This document shows, in pieces, positions 36,414 to 50,822 of a stretch of DNA of 64,000 nt. The position numbers and the translations under genes are program-made. Source of the DNA: Octopus bimaculoides (taxonomy: Eukaryota). The notes under the pieces were generated by a model. That model searched no databases. It saw nothing but the letters and a program-made list of their open reading frames with translations, and was not told the DNA's origin. The DNA is taken from assembly GCF_001194135.2 (NCBI RefSeq), contig NC_069003.1, positions 19,800,322 to 19,864,321 of the forward strand, given 5' to 3'. Within the stretch, counting starts at the first letter, position 1. Every line of letters starts with the position of its first letter.

Positions 36414-37959
36414 ACGTACACACACAACAAGTTTCTTTCAGTTACCATCTACCAAATCCACTCACAAGGCTTTGGTTGACTGGAGGCTATAGTAGCAGTC
36501 ACTTGTCCAAAGTGACATGCGGTGGAACTGAACCTGAAGCAATAGCGTATGAAACCTCTTAACCACACAGCCATGCCTAAAACACACAACTATGTATGTA
36601 TGCATGCATGTATGTTATGTATGTAAAACGATAATTTTAATTACTTTTGTTGCTAAGTTGTTTATAGCTTCAAATGGCAAATGAAAATAAAATATTTTGT
36701 TCATTCATCTCTCAAAACAGTTTTAAATCTAATTTTAACTTTCAAAGAGATTTCAATGTGTGGCTGGGTTTAAATAAATAAATTACGCTTAATGATACAT
36801 ACAACCCAAACACATAATACCATGTCACATTACAAAAACCACATTTAAATGCTCATCAGCAAAAACTACAGGTACACTACATACACATGCTAATCCACAA
36901 AATCATACACATAATCTAATACACACAGACATCCACAAAGAAACCAAACACACATACATGTTATACATGCACACACATCTGTCTCTCCCTCTCTCTAACA
37001 CACACACACACACGCACCCATTCCCTTACCCTTCCTCCTCTATCTCTTACAGGTCCTTCCCTTCCCCTTATTCTAGTTCTGTGCATCTCTCTTCTTTCAG
37101 ACCCCTCACCACAATCACATCCTCCTATTATTTCCACTTTCCCCTCCATACCTCCATCCCTCTCAATACAGAATTCATTCCTAAACTGACTACAATACTC
37201 TCTGATTTACCTCCAATTTACTTGGAGAGCAAACAAGGCAGTAGTTAAATCCTTGAGAAAAAAAAAATCCTTTTCTTTTTTTCTTTTTATCCTTTTTTTT
37301 CTTTCTTCTCTCCTTAAAATTATTATTATTGTTATTATTATTATTATTTAAACTTTTGATCTTTTGAATGTGTTTGTGTGTAAAAAAAAAAGAATAAACC
37401 AAAAAGATTAAAAGAAGAAAAAGATGTAGATTCTTGACAAAGTGTTTCTCTTTGAAGGTTTTATGGGAGATAAAGAAAAAGAACTGGGAAAAAAAAACCA
37501 ACCAACCAAAAAGTCTCAATGAATTTACCTCCAAAGAAATGAAGCATGACATTCACCTATTTGTGTTAGGTTGTATACTTAATGTGTGAGGTTGTGCATA
37601 TGTGCACATTAGGTCGTGGGTGTGTGTGAAGCAGGCATTTGTGGCATACAGCATGTGTAACATTCACCTATTTATATGTGTAAGGTTGCGCATGTGGTAG
37701 TCTGAGTGTAGGTTGTGTGTGTGTTATTCTGTCTTGTGCGTGTTTGTGCATAGTGTCTACATTAGGTTATGTGTTTGTGTGTATCTATGTGTTATGTTTA
37801 GTTTGTTCTGCATATGCTTGTGTGTTGCATGTATGTGTGTGTGTGTGTGTGTGTGTTTGATTTCTATGTGTATGTCTGTGTGTATTAGATTATGTGTATG
37901 ATTGTGTGTGTTAGTATGTAGTGTACTTGTAAGGAGGAGGAAAGGTAAGGGAATGGGTG

Positions 37960-38420
37960 CATGTGTGTGTGAGAGAGAGAGGGAGAGACAGACAGACTGA
38001 AAGAGAGATAAAAAGAGAAAGAGAGAGACTGAAAGAGGAGAGATACTAAGAGAGAGAGACTGGAGAGAGAGAGAGAGAGAGAGAGAAAATGTGGAGAAAA
38101 CAACCAAGAGATAGGTGAGAGAAAAGTTGTCCAAGAAAAAAGCAGAGAGAGGGGGGAATGAGAAGAGAGAAGAAAAGAGAGAAGAGAGACGGGAAAAGAG
38201 ACAGAGAGAAGAGAGACGGGAAAAGAGACAGAGAGAAGAGAGGGTACAGTAGAAAAAGGAGGAGAAAAAGAGGAAAAAAAGAGAGCAGAGGCAAGATAGA
38301 TGGAAGGACAAAGTGAGGAGGAAGAGAGAAAGGAAAGAGAGAAGGGAGGTAAAAGGGGAGAAAGAAAGAATGGAGAAGAGGGAAGTAGAAAGAAAGAAAA
38401 AGAAAGATAAAAGAAAGAAA
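37960..38420. repeat. Degenerate GA-rich purine tract with local 27-bp duplication
   Basis: gagagaagagagacgggaaaagagaca repeated near 38178-38232. Confidence 0.85.
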
Positions 38421-38783
38421 GAAAGTCAGAAATTTGTAGGGGAGAGTAATGAAGTGAGTTTCCCCAAAGTATATTATATTATTGGCACTTCGTTAGTTCT
38501 GACAACAAGGGTTCCAGTTAATCTGATCGACAAAATAGCCTGTTCATGAAATTAACATGCAAGTGGATGAGCACTCTACAAACATGTGTACCTTAACGTA
38601 GTTCTCAGGGAGATTCAACATGCCCTTTGAATTACAAGTACACTCTAAGTATATAATATTACTGATATTAATTGATCAATCAAACTCCTAAAATTACAAC
38701 CTATCATCTTAAAATCAGTAAAGCACACCTTGATAAATGTAGTCTTAAATACATTATCCAAAGTATAGCATTTTTTAAAAATG

Positions 38784-39185
38784 CCTGGGCATGACTGTGT
38801 GGTAAGAAGCTTGCTTCCCTACCACATGGTTCTGGGTTCAGTCCCACAGTGTGGCACCTTGGGCAAGCGTTTTCTTTTGCCTCAAGCTGACCAAAGCCTT
38901 GTGAGTGGATTTGGTAGACAGAAACTGAAAGAAACCTGTCATATATATGTGTGTGCATGTGTATGTGTCTTTGTGTCTGTGTTGTCCCCCACCAGCACTT
39001 GACAACTACTGCTGGTGTGTTTCCATGCTCCTAACTGAGTGGTTCTGTAAGAGATCGATAGAATAAGTATCAGGCTTTAAAAGAAAAATAAATACTCGTG
39101 TCAATACATTAAACTAAAAATCCTTCAAGGTGGTACCACTGCACAGTCTATTGAATGAAACCAGTAAAAGAAAGGTAAAAGAAAG
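38784..39185 (+). mobile_element. SINE family A
   Basis: Full head, body and tail match. Confidence 0.8.
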
Positions 39186-40326
39186 TCATACATGAATGTC
39201 TTTCACCATATATCTGCACAAAAATGGTTGACCTAGGGTTAAACAGCAGTTAACAAAACACAGATTCAATGAGGAAACCTCTACATGGTAATAAAACCTT
39301 CTAGAAATAACAACCAAATATCCCTAACAAAAGAATTTATAAAATGCAAAGCACAGTATTATCTTTAAACAAAAAGAAAGGAAGGATACATCAGGATAAT
39401 AAAGTCTTAAGATATATCTGCTTGAAAGAAAAGACAGGATGGTCACAGCTGGTATGCCTTTCTTCTCTTCCAAAGTATGCTGGATCAATAACAAATGTAA
39501 CTCAGAAAACAATAAGTATTCTTTGACACACCTCCTCCTCCCCTCCTACACCATTCTCTTCTGGCAATATATAAATAAATAACATTAAAGAAGATAAAAA
39601 ATAGATTTTAAGCTGTCAAAATCTCTCCATTTTGTTTCAACTAAGTTGATAAATTTACTTTACATTGTATTTGCCTTTAGAATTTCCCTCTCACCACCTC
39701 ATTTCACCCTCTTTCTCTCTTTGAGAGATATATAGAAGTCTTTTAGGTACTGCTATCATTTAACTTGGTTTAGTAGAATATCTGATACTATCACAATCCA
39801 AAAGTGTTACCATCAGCATCACCAGCACCACCACTGCCAAAACTATCACCACCATACCATTAATCAGTCATCATCATTGATTATAAAACATTACTATCCC
39901 CACTGACTACAGTGCAATTTCTACCACACCTTACCTGCAGCATCCTGACTCCACTCCCTTCAGTCCAGTCCAGCACATGTATGTGTGTATGAGGACACAC
40001 ACACACATACACATGCATATATATATATATATATATATAGACACATAACATTTCTCCTTACATAAATCATTTCTGCTACCCATCTACTTCATTTCAACAG
40101 TGAATCATATCTTATCAATCAATCAATCAATTAGAATTACAATTATCTTCAGAATATATATTTTTATAAAGCCACAAAACAAATGATCTAATTATTTTGC
40201 AATACAATGATATATATATATATATTATGTGATATTTTCAACTAGCAATAACCACACCTCGTATATATATAGTAGTCTAAAAATCCATAAGTCAGTAAAG
40301 ATAGGCACACATATCTGCCAATAAAG

Positions 40327-40506
40327 TAATCAAAGCATGCAGTATTATAGATCCATTTCATCTGAACTTACCAATCAGTTTCACACTGGATATGTTTTCC
40401 ATACCCATCATCTCTGAAGAGCACATGTATTAGATAACTGTCATGTTATCTAATCTCCAATGTGGTAAGTTCAGATGAAATGGATCTATAATACTGTATA
40501 CTATGA

Positions 40507-40509
<3 letters not shown>
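40327..40509. repeat. Inverted repeat with perfect 34-bp arms (47 bp with 3 mismatches) and an internal 10-bp hairpin
   Basis: 40340-40373 is the exact reverse complement of 40463-40496; inner attagataac/gttatctaat at 40429-40454. Confidence 0.95.
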
Positions 40510-40559
<50 letters not shown>

Positions 40560-42656
40560 GTGCATGCATGACTGACATAGAACATAAAGGACTGGCTTTC
40601 ATAGTCAGTTTGGAAGTTGAGAGTAAGGTTTCCCTGTTATCACAATAGACTGAATAGACTATGAAGCTTTGACCAAAGGTCTTCTTGATCAGGACCACAT
40701 TAGGACCAAACAATAATATGTCCAGCGTAAGAGTTTGTATGCCAGAAAATACAGTATCTAAAAGACATCAACTGCTTAATGGTCCACAACAATATTAAAT
40801 TTGCTGGAACAACTTTTAGAAAAGGTCCAAGGCCTGCAGAGAACGCCACAGTGGCTCGCCTGTTGCTGAGCCCTGTTCTACATGATTGCTCAGTCTGCTA
40901 GAAATAGAAGGTACATCTGTCTCAAAACACATTCTACCAGCTTAAAAATAAGTTTATGAAAGAGGATGTATAGGATAATATAACATGAGATAGACTACAT
41001 TAAAAAAGATGAAATGATCTTGGCTGGAATACCTTTAACCGTAAGTCTATTGGACCTGGGGCTAAACAACAACAACAGCTATATTTTTAAGGTAATTTTG
41101 TTCAGTCTGTGTGAAAATTATATTCAGTGATTCAAACGCTATATAATATTACAAAAAAGTAAATAAAAATAAAATTGTAAAAAATGGTAACTCATTCTTG
41201 TTGTAAAGAAATATATTCATGTATGGTTTAAAACAAAGAAATTAATGCAATACAATAAAAAAAAAACAATATTTTCTAAGATGGCATGAATATGTATGAA
41301 AGTAACATATTTTAAAAACATTGATCAATATACTGATATGGATATAGAAAGATATGCGAGAAGAATGGAATCGGTATTACAGATTGGGAGGTGGGGTGGA
41401 GGAAGCCAACTCAGACTGACACTAAAACAGAGTAGATATTTTACAAACTAACTTCAATGATCAAGTCACCAATTCCAATTCAACCATCAAAGAGGAAACA
41501 TTTGTATTTTTCTTATTTAATTTTTTATGACGGCCAAAAGAAGAACATCGCCACCCATGGCCTTTTTCAGAATCACCAAGGCTAATGGGAAAAAAGAGAG
41601 TAAGGTTCTAATCTGGTCCAAATCTTAATGTTTACAGCAGAGTGAACCCTAAGTTCCTATGTAGGGCTTCCACATAGTTTCTGTCAATCAAATTTTATCT
41701 CACTAAATCTTGGTTGACTTGACCTCACAAGCTAATGAGGAAGAGTCTAGTCGGCTTTGGTTTAGGGGTCTGTTAGAATCAGCAGTGAAATCGCACTTAA
41801 ATCAAACTCTACCATTTTAAAGGGAAAGAAGGATACACAAGGGAAATAGCTTTAGAACCACTATCCAACAATAAGACAGAAGGACCACGACTAGAAAGCC
41901 TCTAACCATACATCTCTTTCACAGGGGATGATCTGGAGGCTAGTCAACAGTTATTTCATAAGCCAGTAAGGGAACATCTATACAGTCACCTGATCTAGGA
42001 ATACCAGCCCAATTTCCTTTAAAACATACACTACTGCCTTTAAAGAGATAATGTCTATATGAAACTACACAGATAATTTAGTACTAGACAAATACTGCCT
42101 GAACAAAAAAAAAAAGAAAAACAAGATAGTCACAGAAATCAATTTACCAAACAGCTCACCTACAATTATGCTGTAATGTCTTTTGAACTTGCATTGTCCA
42201 GAAAAGCTGAGATCAAACCAACTAAACAACATAATTAACAACAAGATCACAGTATTACTGCTGTTAGATCTTAAGCTGTGCTAAAGTGATTTCCTAATTA
42301 CTTAATTATGAATATTCACTAAACACCAAATGACAACAAAAAGTTAATTAGAGTTAATACTTATTAACACAAAGTTCTATTCTGTTGATAAAACAACAGA
42401 TTCATTTATCATTGTTTCATGTCCACTTTTCCATGCTTGCATTCATTGGGGCAAATTTTCTATGGCCAGACACCCATCTTGTCTCCAACCTCAATTATTT
42501 CCAGCAAAGATGATATTTGTTCATGGCCAGACAGGTTTTCACAGAAGATTGGAAATGAACAACTCTGCACATATGGTACCTTGGGCAAGTGTTTTTTACT
42601 AAAACCCTGGAATAACCAAAACCTTGTGAGTGGATTTGGTAGACAGAAACTGAAAG

Positions 42657-42766
<110 letters not shown>

Positions 42767-43499
42767 ACACACACACACACTCTTATTGTGAAAACAGGTG
42801 AAGGCTGGTGACAGGAAGAGCATTAGGCTGCTGAAAATCAGCCTCAACAAATTTTGTCTGACCCATACAAGTATAGTAAAGAGAACATTAAATGCTGACG
42901 ATATGCTGATGAAAACATTAAATGCTAATAATGCTTCTCTCAGTTTCCCCTCTACCAAATCTACTCATAAGTTTTGGTCAGCTCAGAGCTACAGAAGAGA
43001 CCTGTACAAGGTGCCATGCAGTGGGAGTGAACCTGAAATCACATGGGGAAGCAAATTTCTCATCCACACAGCCATGTCTTTTAATACATTTTTGTAAACC
43101 AAAATAACTTGTTTACAATGTAAAATACAGAAGCTTCAAGAAAATATTAAATAAATCATTTTAACAGTGTGTTTTCAAGAGGAAACAGCTATAAATAATA
43201 GCACATAATATTCTGAGTTCATAAATAAAAATAGCCCTTGGCTGGAACAAAGGTCAAAAGCTACTTGTGAGACTTAAACCATGCATCTTCAGTACCCATG
43301 TCAGAAGTTCTAACTATCAACACTAAAGTAACCAAGCAACCTTCAGTCTTTCTACCAGGTTACTAAAGTATAAATAGTTAGTATATCTGTTATGGTGCAG
43401 AAGATACATGGTGCAAATCCCATAGATAGCTGTGAGCCATTTTTCTGTCCAAGGGTTTTTTTAAAAATTACATACAATTATTTATAACTGAATCAAAGG

Positions 43500-44190
43500 T
43501 AGTAAGATGGCGGAATTGTTAGTGCATCAAACAAAAGTTTAGCAGCATTTCTTCCAGCTCTTTGTGTTCCGAGTTCAAATTCCACCAAGGTTGACTTTAC
43601 CTTCCCTTTGGAATTGGTAAAATAAGTACTAAATGAACACAGAGGTCAATGTATTTGACTAAGTACTTTCTCTTAAACCTGCTGGCCTTATGCCAAAGTT
43701 TGAAACAGTTATTATTGTTATTGGCATCAGCATCATCATCAAGATAGCAAGCTGGCAGAATCATTAGCACATCAGACAAAATACTTAGCAACATTTCTTC
43801 CAACTCTTTATGTTCTGAGTTCACATCCCATCAAAGTCAACTTTGCCTTTCATTCTTTCTAGGTCAGTAAAATAAGTATCAATCAAGTACTAGGGTCAAT
43901 AAAATTAACTGCCCTCCTCTCCTCAAAATTTCTGGCCTTGAGTCAAAATTAGAATTATTGTTATCATCATTATCAAGGTGGTGAGCAGATAAAAGCATTG
44001 TGAAACAAAATGCTTAGCAAATTTTCTTTGAGCACTTTACACTCTGAGAGACCCATCTCCAAGCTGGCTTTGCCTCTCATCTTTTAGGGTCAATAAAATG
44101 AAGTACCAGTCAAGTTATGGGATCAATGTAATTAACTTAGCTCCTCTCCTTAAAACTGCTGGCTTTGTACCAAAATTTGAAAGAAAATGG
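43500..44190 (+). mobile_element. Three head-to-tail SINE family B copies
   Basis: Heads near 43500, 43745 and 43975, separated by short ATT/ATC tracts. Confidence 0.75.
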
Positions 44191-46010
44191 TTTATTACAA
44201 GATGCCTTGCTTCCTTACATAAATCAGTTTATTTTTCTGAGAAATTTATTTTTAACCCAACTTATTACACAAATCAGTTTATTTCACTCCATGAAAATGT
44301 GAAATCTCACTCTTCTCTGATAAATTCTAACTCCAATCGACAAGAGTTTTTTTGAGTAGACAATGCTAAGAAGACACCAATGGTTTTATTCACAGTGTTT
44401 AAAATTAATACATAACCAAAAGAAAAAAAAAAAAAGTAATGGCATCTCTGTTGATGCGAGTGATGAAAATATTAACTGAGACACATCTTGGCAAATCAAT
44501 AGAATATCAATAAAAACATTAACATGTCTTAGAAAAACAACACTTCATATTTGCATTACACAGCCTTAGTGGCATTGTAGTGCTGCATACTAACATAAAA
44601 CCATTGCTGCTCAGTAAATTCATTTACATCAAGAGACTGCCCAATACATACTACTGGCAGGGAAAGTAAATACATGCAAAACTAAATACATTCAAATGAT
44701 AATGAGAACACCTATTATGGTTGAAGGTGTGGTGGTAATTCAAAAGTGGTAGTGATGGAGCATAAGACACAGCAACAGTAGTGGTAATGGAGGTGGTGGT
44801 GACAGTAGAGATGGTGGTGGTAGCGACAGTGGTGTTGATGATGTTGGCGGAGGGGGGTAGTAGTGGTGATGATGATGATGGTGGTGGGGTAATAGTAGAG
44901 TGATGATGACTATAGTAATAAACTACAAGATGGAGGCTGTGTGAACTGAGCATTGGTGATGATATAGTACTGGGAGTGATGGCACTGATAGCAATGGTAT
45001 AGGTGGTGGTTGAGGTGGTGTTGCAGTGGTGAGGACAATGGAGTGCTGCATACTAATGTTGGTGGAGTAACAGGTAGTGATGGAAGTCTTTGTGGGTGTG
45101 TGTGGGGGGTTACAAGTTGTAATGATTTATGATGACAATTGTAACAATAAAGGTGATGATGATGATGACAATGACAATGACCATCCCTTTCATAGCATTA
45201 ACATTACATTTGCACTGACCTGTACTGAAAGACTGCATGCTATACAAACATTATGCTCTATACATTGAAAAAAAAACTAATACCATGAAGGAAAAATAAA
45301 AATTAAAAACAAACAAAAGACAGCATTCATTATAGATTATTCTAGAAATATTTCCATAGATGAACAGTTTCCATTTAACTGATAAAGTAAAAGAAAATTT
45401 GTCAGATAATAAATTTAAAACTACAAAATAATAATGACGACGATGATGATGATGAAGATAATAATAATAATACAACAGCAAACAACTTAAGCATCAAAAA
45501 ATAAAAAAGAGAAGAATTTGCAAATAATTTCATTATTCTTCTTTGACTTTCTCAACCTAGAGATGAAACTGGAAATATCTTCCAATATCTTTTTTATGGC
45601 TTTAAAACAATTTAATGAAAGGAACTTCTATCTGGTCATTTGACCTGCTATTTAGACACAGTACAGAATAGCATAACAGACAAGAGTGTCATGGTTGGAA
45701 TGTCTTTTATCATTAATTTGCTAGATTGCGGTTGACTTGGTTAGTACACTGGGCAAAATAATTAGTGGCATTTCATCTGCCTTTACATTCTGAGTTCAAA
45801 TTCTGCCAAGGTTGACTTTGCCTTTCATCCATTCAAAGAAAATAAGTACCAGTTGAGCATTGGGTTGATGTAATCAACCTACTCAACTCCCTCGAACTTG
45901 CTGGCCTTGTGCCAAAATTTAAAATCAATATGTGTCTGCCCTGCTGCAATTGTTTTAGTTTCAACACAGTGTTAGATCAAATTACTTACATGGCAAGTAC
46001 ATCTCCAAAA

Positions 46011-46234
46011 TATGAGAGGGTACTGAAAAGTTTCTGGCTTTAAAGAGTATTGTGAAAAGCCTGGTCGGAAGCCCAACTTTCTGAGTTCTTTTACAGGGCT
46101 TAGAAAAACTGAAGGACTGCTGCACTAAGAGTGTGAATCTGAGAGAGGAATATACTGAAGAAAATCATAATTAACTGATCCTCCTCTATTTTCTTTTACC
46201 CAAAGCCAGGAATTTCAGCATCCGCTCTTACATA
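46011..46234. mobile_element. mariner-derived MITE with both TIRs
   Basis: tatgagagggtactgaaaagtttctggcttt versus rc of aaagccaggaatttcagcatccgctcttacata; internal remnant resembling a transposase C-terminus (GLEKLKDCCTKSVNLREEY). Confidence 0.75.
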
Positions 46235-48120
46235 TGAAAATATTCTTCTCCCATTGCCATTGCTAGCACAAAAGGCTATCTAAAAGCTACCAGTAGCTCA
46301 AATACACTGAATTTGACAACTTTTTAGAAAAGATCCAAGATTCACAGAGAATATTTCAATGGTCCACCTGTTGCCAACCTCTAATCTGGATCATCTTTTT
46401 TTTTTTAAATTTAAGAATTTTGCCACTTATAATATTCAGGATAGGATTAAAAGATATGTGTGTTTTGGAGGGAGGGGGAAAACAATAACAGATTAAATGA
46501 GTAAAATATTACAGAAAAAGGATATAGGGAAATGAGAAAACATGAAAGAAAACAGAATTTATGATAAAAATAAGAACTGGAAAGGGAATTCTATGTGATC
46601 ACTTGACTTGGAAGAAACAGCAGCTAAACATACCCTCAAATAAAACCCTACTGTTTTAAATAAGGCAGTGATACATTAGATACATTATATATCTTATATA
46701 CCACAAAAAGATGGAAAGTCCAAGGGCAGGAATGCTTTTGAGCATAAGTCTGTTCAATTGAGGATGACGTGGGATTAATCAACAATAACCATATCAAGGT
46801 AATAAATCAACAAGCAAATGTACGATTCTTTATGCAGTCACTTATCCAACCTGTGAGAAATAGCGGTTAAATTTCCCTCATATCACACACCCAACCATCT
46901 TATAAATGGAAAGGGCACATTAGATAATGTACTCTTGACAGGATTGCTTGGTCATGGTTGAAATGTTTGAAATCATTAATCTGACAGATCATGATTGATC
47001 AAGGGCTAAGCAACAACAACAACAAAAAGGAAATAAAGGCTCATCAAATCTGCTTGAAATAGCAGCCAAATGTCCATCATATTGCATGCTACTGACTTGA
47101 ATAAAGAAAGATACACTAAACAGTACAGTCATGGATATGCAGCCCGTCCTCCCAAAACAGTCACAGGTAGAATGGCTTTGATATGGATTAGTCTATTTTC
47201 TCAGGGCCAACTAAAAGTGATAGTGAAATCTCCCTCAAATCACAGTACAGCATTTTGAAAAATACAGAAGTACCAAAGAGAATGATGGAATTAACACCAC
47301 TAGAATACCATTAGTATTTAAACTGGTAAAACTAACCTCTCACACCTCCCTTACAATGTCATTCAAAAAATATACAATCATTGAAATCTTGAAATTACGA
47401 GATGATACGTGATTAATTCAAAACAATGTGAATAAATAAGCAATACAGTTGACAGAGTAATCTCAATGCTAAAGGGTTAAATAAAAAGTAGATGTACTCA
47501 ATTGGACTTGACCTAGGGCTAAACAACAACAGTAACATAAGAGAATAAAGTAGAAAAATACCAAAAGAATTAAGAGGAACTTCAAAAAGTAAAATAAAAA
47601 AGATTCTGACAAAGATAAAAAGCAATTCATGCAAGATTTTGTAAAAATGAATGTCAAAAAAGAAACTGTCCTCTTAAAGTTTAGGAATAGCAAAATCAGG
47701 TTGTGACTCCCAGGAGTGAAAATCAATATAGTTTCTTTTATCTAAATATTTCTTATCTATATGTCTATAGAAATAAACCAACTGGAGAGAGGGGGGTGTT
47801 TAGGAAAAAGAAAGAAAAACACAAGAACAAAAAACATGAAATACAAGATAAATTTAAAAATAAAACAAGCATGGTAGAAAAGAATATTGGTGGAAGTGGG
47901 AGCTTAGTACTCCAACCCCACCCATCCCCAAGACAGTTTTCTATTTTAAGACATATCTGTGTCTCAGATTGATAATCTTTGATTGCCTGAACAATTCTCA
48001 GATATCTATCTTGGTATTTATTCAAAGATGCCTACAAATAAAGTGTGCTATGTACCTGTACAAAACAAGTTGTTCATTATTATTATTATTATTGTTGTTG
48101 TTGTTATTATTATTATCATT

Positions 48121-48333
48121 AAGGTGGTGAGGTGGCAGAATTGTAAGCACATCAGGCAAAATGCTTTGCAACATTTCATCAGTTTTTATGTTCCGAGTTC
48201 AAATTCTGCCAAGGTCAACTTTGCCTTTCATCCTTCTGGGGTTGATAAATTAAGTACCAGTTGAGTACTGGGGTCGATGTAATCAACTGTCCCTCTTCCC
48301 TAAATTTCAGACCTTATGCCTATAGTAGAAAGG

Positions 48334-48371
<38 letters not shown>

Positions 48372-48585
48372 GAAGGTGGTGAACTGGCAGAATCACTGGT
48401 AAGCTGGAGAAAATGCTTAGTCGCATTTCATCTGTCCTTACATTCTGAGTTCATATTTAACTGAGGTTGACTTTGTCTTTCATCCTTTCAGAGTCAATAA
48501 ATTAAGTACCAGTTGCATATTGGGTCGATGTAATCAACTTAATCACTTCCCCCAAATTTGAGGCCTTGTGCTTCCAGTAGAAAGG

Positions 48586-48629
<44 letters not shown>

Positions 48630-50050
48630 CAAAAGCACCAACCTAACAGTCATTAGCATGCCAGGCGAAATGCTTATGTTCCGAGTTCAAATTCTGCTGA
48701 GGTCAACTTTGCCTTTCATCCTTTTGGGGTTGATAAATTAAGTACCAATGAAACACTGGGGTTGATGTAATTAACTTAGCAACCCCCACCCTGGCAACCC
48801 AAATTTCAGGCCTTATGCTTATAATAGAAAGGATGATTATTATTATTATTATTATCATTATTTTTATTAAGGTGGCAAGCTGGTAGAATAATTAGCACAC
48901 TGGACAAAATGCTTTGCGACATTTCATATGTTTTTATATTCTGAGTTCAAATTCCACCAAGGTTGACTGTCTCTCATCCCTTCAAGGTTGATGAAATAAG
49001 TACCAGTCAAGCACGGGGGTAACTAGCTCTTTCCTCCAAAATTTTAGCTCTTCTGCCTATAGTAGAAAGGATTATTGAAGCTAAGGTGGTGAGCTGGCAG
49101 AACCATTAGTATGCCAGACAAAATGCTTATGCTGCTAAGTATTTTGTCTGTCTTTATATTCTGGGTTCACATTTAACCAAGATTGACTTTGTTTTTCATT
49201 CTTTTGGGATCAACGAAATAAGTACTAGTTGAGCGGTGCAATTGGCTAGTACCCTCCCCCAAAATTTCAGGCTTTGTGCCAATAGTAGAAAGGACTATTT
49301 TTATTAGGACAATGAGCTAGCAGAATTGTTAGAGTATCAGAGAAAAAAATGTTCTTTACACTGAGTTCAAAATTCCACCAAAATAAACTTTGCTTTGAGT
49401 TCAAATCACAGTAAACTTTGCCTTTCAGCCTCCCAGGGTCAGTAAAATAAAATATCAAAGTAGTGGAATCAATATAACCAACTTGCCATCTCTACTCAAA
49501 ATTACTGGTCTTGTGCTAAAATTAAGAAAAATAATCATCATCATCTAGGGTGATGGAATGGCAGAGTTGTTAGAACTTCTGAAAAATGCCAATATTTGTT
49601 TCATCTCATAGAAATTAATTTTGCCTTTCATCCATTTTTTCTAGTCAAGTATTGTGTCAATAAAGTACTAGTCAAGTATTGTGTGTGATATAATCAACTA
49701 ACCCTCTCCCACAAAATTTCTGGCCTTGTGCCTGTGTTAAAAACAATTATCATCATCAACAACATCATGTAAAGGTGTTGGATTGGTAGAATCAGTAGTA
49801 CAGTAGACAATGCCTTGTAATATTAAGCTACCTTAAGTTGGTGAGGTGAGAGGATCAATTAGCAAGACAGGTAAAATGCTTAGCGGCATCTTGTCCATAT
49901 TTGTATTTGGAGTTCAAATCCCACTGAGGTCGACTTTGGCTTTCATCCTTTTGGGGTTAATAAAATAAGCATCAGTTGAGCACAGGCATCAATGTAATCA
50001 AATTATCCGCTCCCTCAAAATTGCTGGCCTTGGGCTATAATTTGAAACCA
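48121..50050 (+). mobile_element. Chain of nine same-strand SINE family B copies (one head-only) separated by (ATT)n/(ATC)n tails
   Basis: Heads at about 48121, 48372, 48632, 48869, 49083, 49307, 49547, 49772 and 49836. Confidence 0.85.
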
Positions 50051-50308
50051 ATATTTTATTACATTTGTTTTCATTCTGAGTGCAAATCCCACTGGAATCA
50101 AGGATCGCACCAGTGTAAATACCTTCTGGTTTTTACATCTGCAGAAAGTCTGGTACACATTTTATAAAATACGTATATGTGTGTGTATATGCATATGTAT
50201 ATGTGTATGCATGCAAATGTGTGTGTGTGTGTAAGTTTGATAACACAATAGGAAAACTAGAACTCAAAACATGAGTATGTATGTCATTTTATTATCTTTA
50301 CTTGGCAG

Positions 50309-50317
50309 ATTTTCAAG
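50309..50317 (+). other. Candidate 9-nt microexon (ATTTTCAAG)
   Basis: attttattatctttacttggCAG|ATTTTCAAG|GTGAGT; motif only. Confidence 0.2.
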
Positions 50318-50384
50318 GTGAGTCAAGGGCTGACAATTTCCTGCACGGGCACATATCACATAGTTTTAGTGGCAATATAAATAC

Positions 50385-50822
50385 CTTTATCTTTTACTTG
50401 TTTCAGTCATTAGACTACAGCCATGCTAGGACACCACCTTGAAGAATTTTAGTTAAATGAATTGACCCCAGTACTTTCTTTTTCCTTTCAGTCTGATACT
50501 TATTCTATCAATCTCTTTTGTCAAATTGCTAAGTTATGGGGATGTAAATGTACACCAGTTGTCAAGCGGTGGTGGGGGAAGAAACACAGACACAAAGACA
50601 CACACACAGATATATACATATGTGTGTGTGTGTGTGTCTGTATATATATATATATATATACAATGGCCTTCTTTCAGTTTCCATCTACCAAATCCACTCA
50701 CTAGGCTTTTGTTGGCCTAAGGCTATAGTAAAAAACAATTGCCCAAGGGGCCATGCAGTGGGACTGTACCTGGAACCATGTGGTTGGGAAGCATGCTTCT
50801 TACCATACAGCCATGCCTGCAC
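50385..50822 (-). mobile_element. SINE family A
   Basis: Reverse complement of full consensus. Confidence 0.8.
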
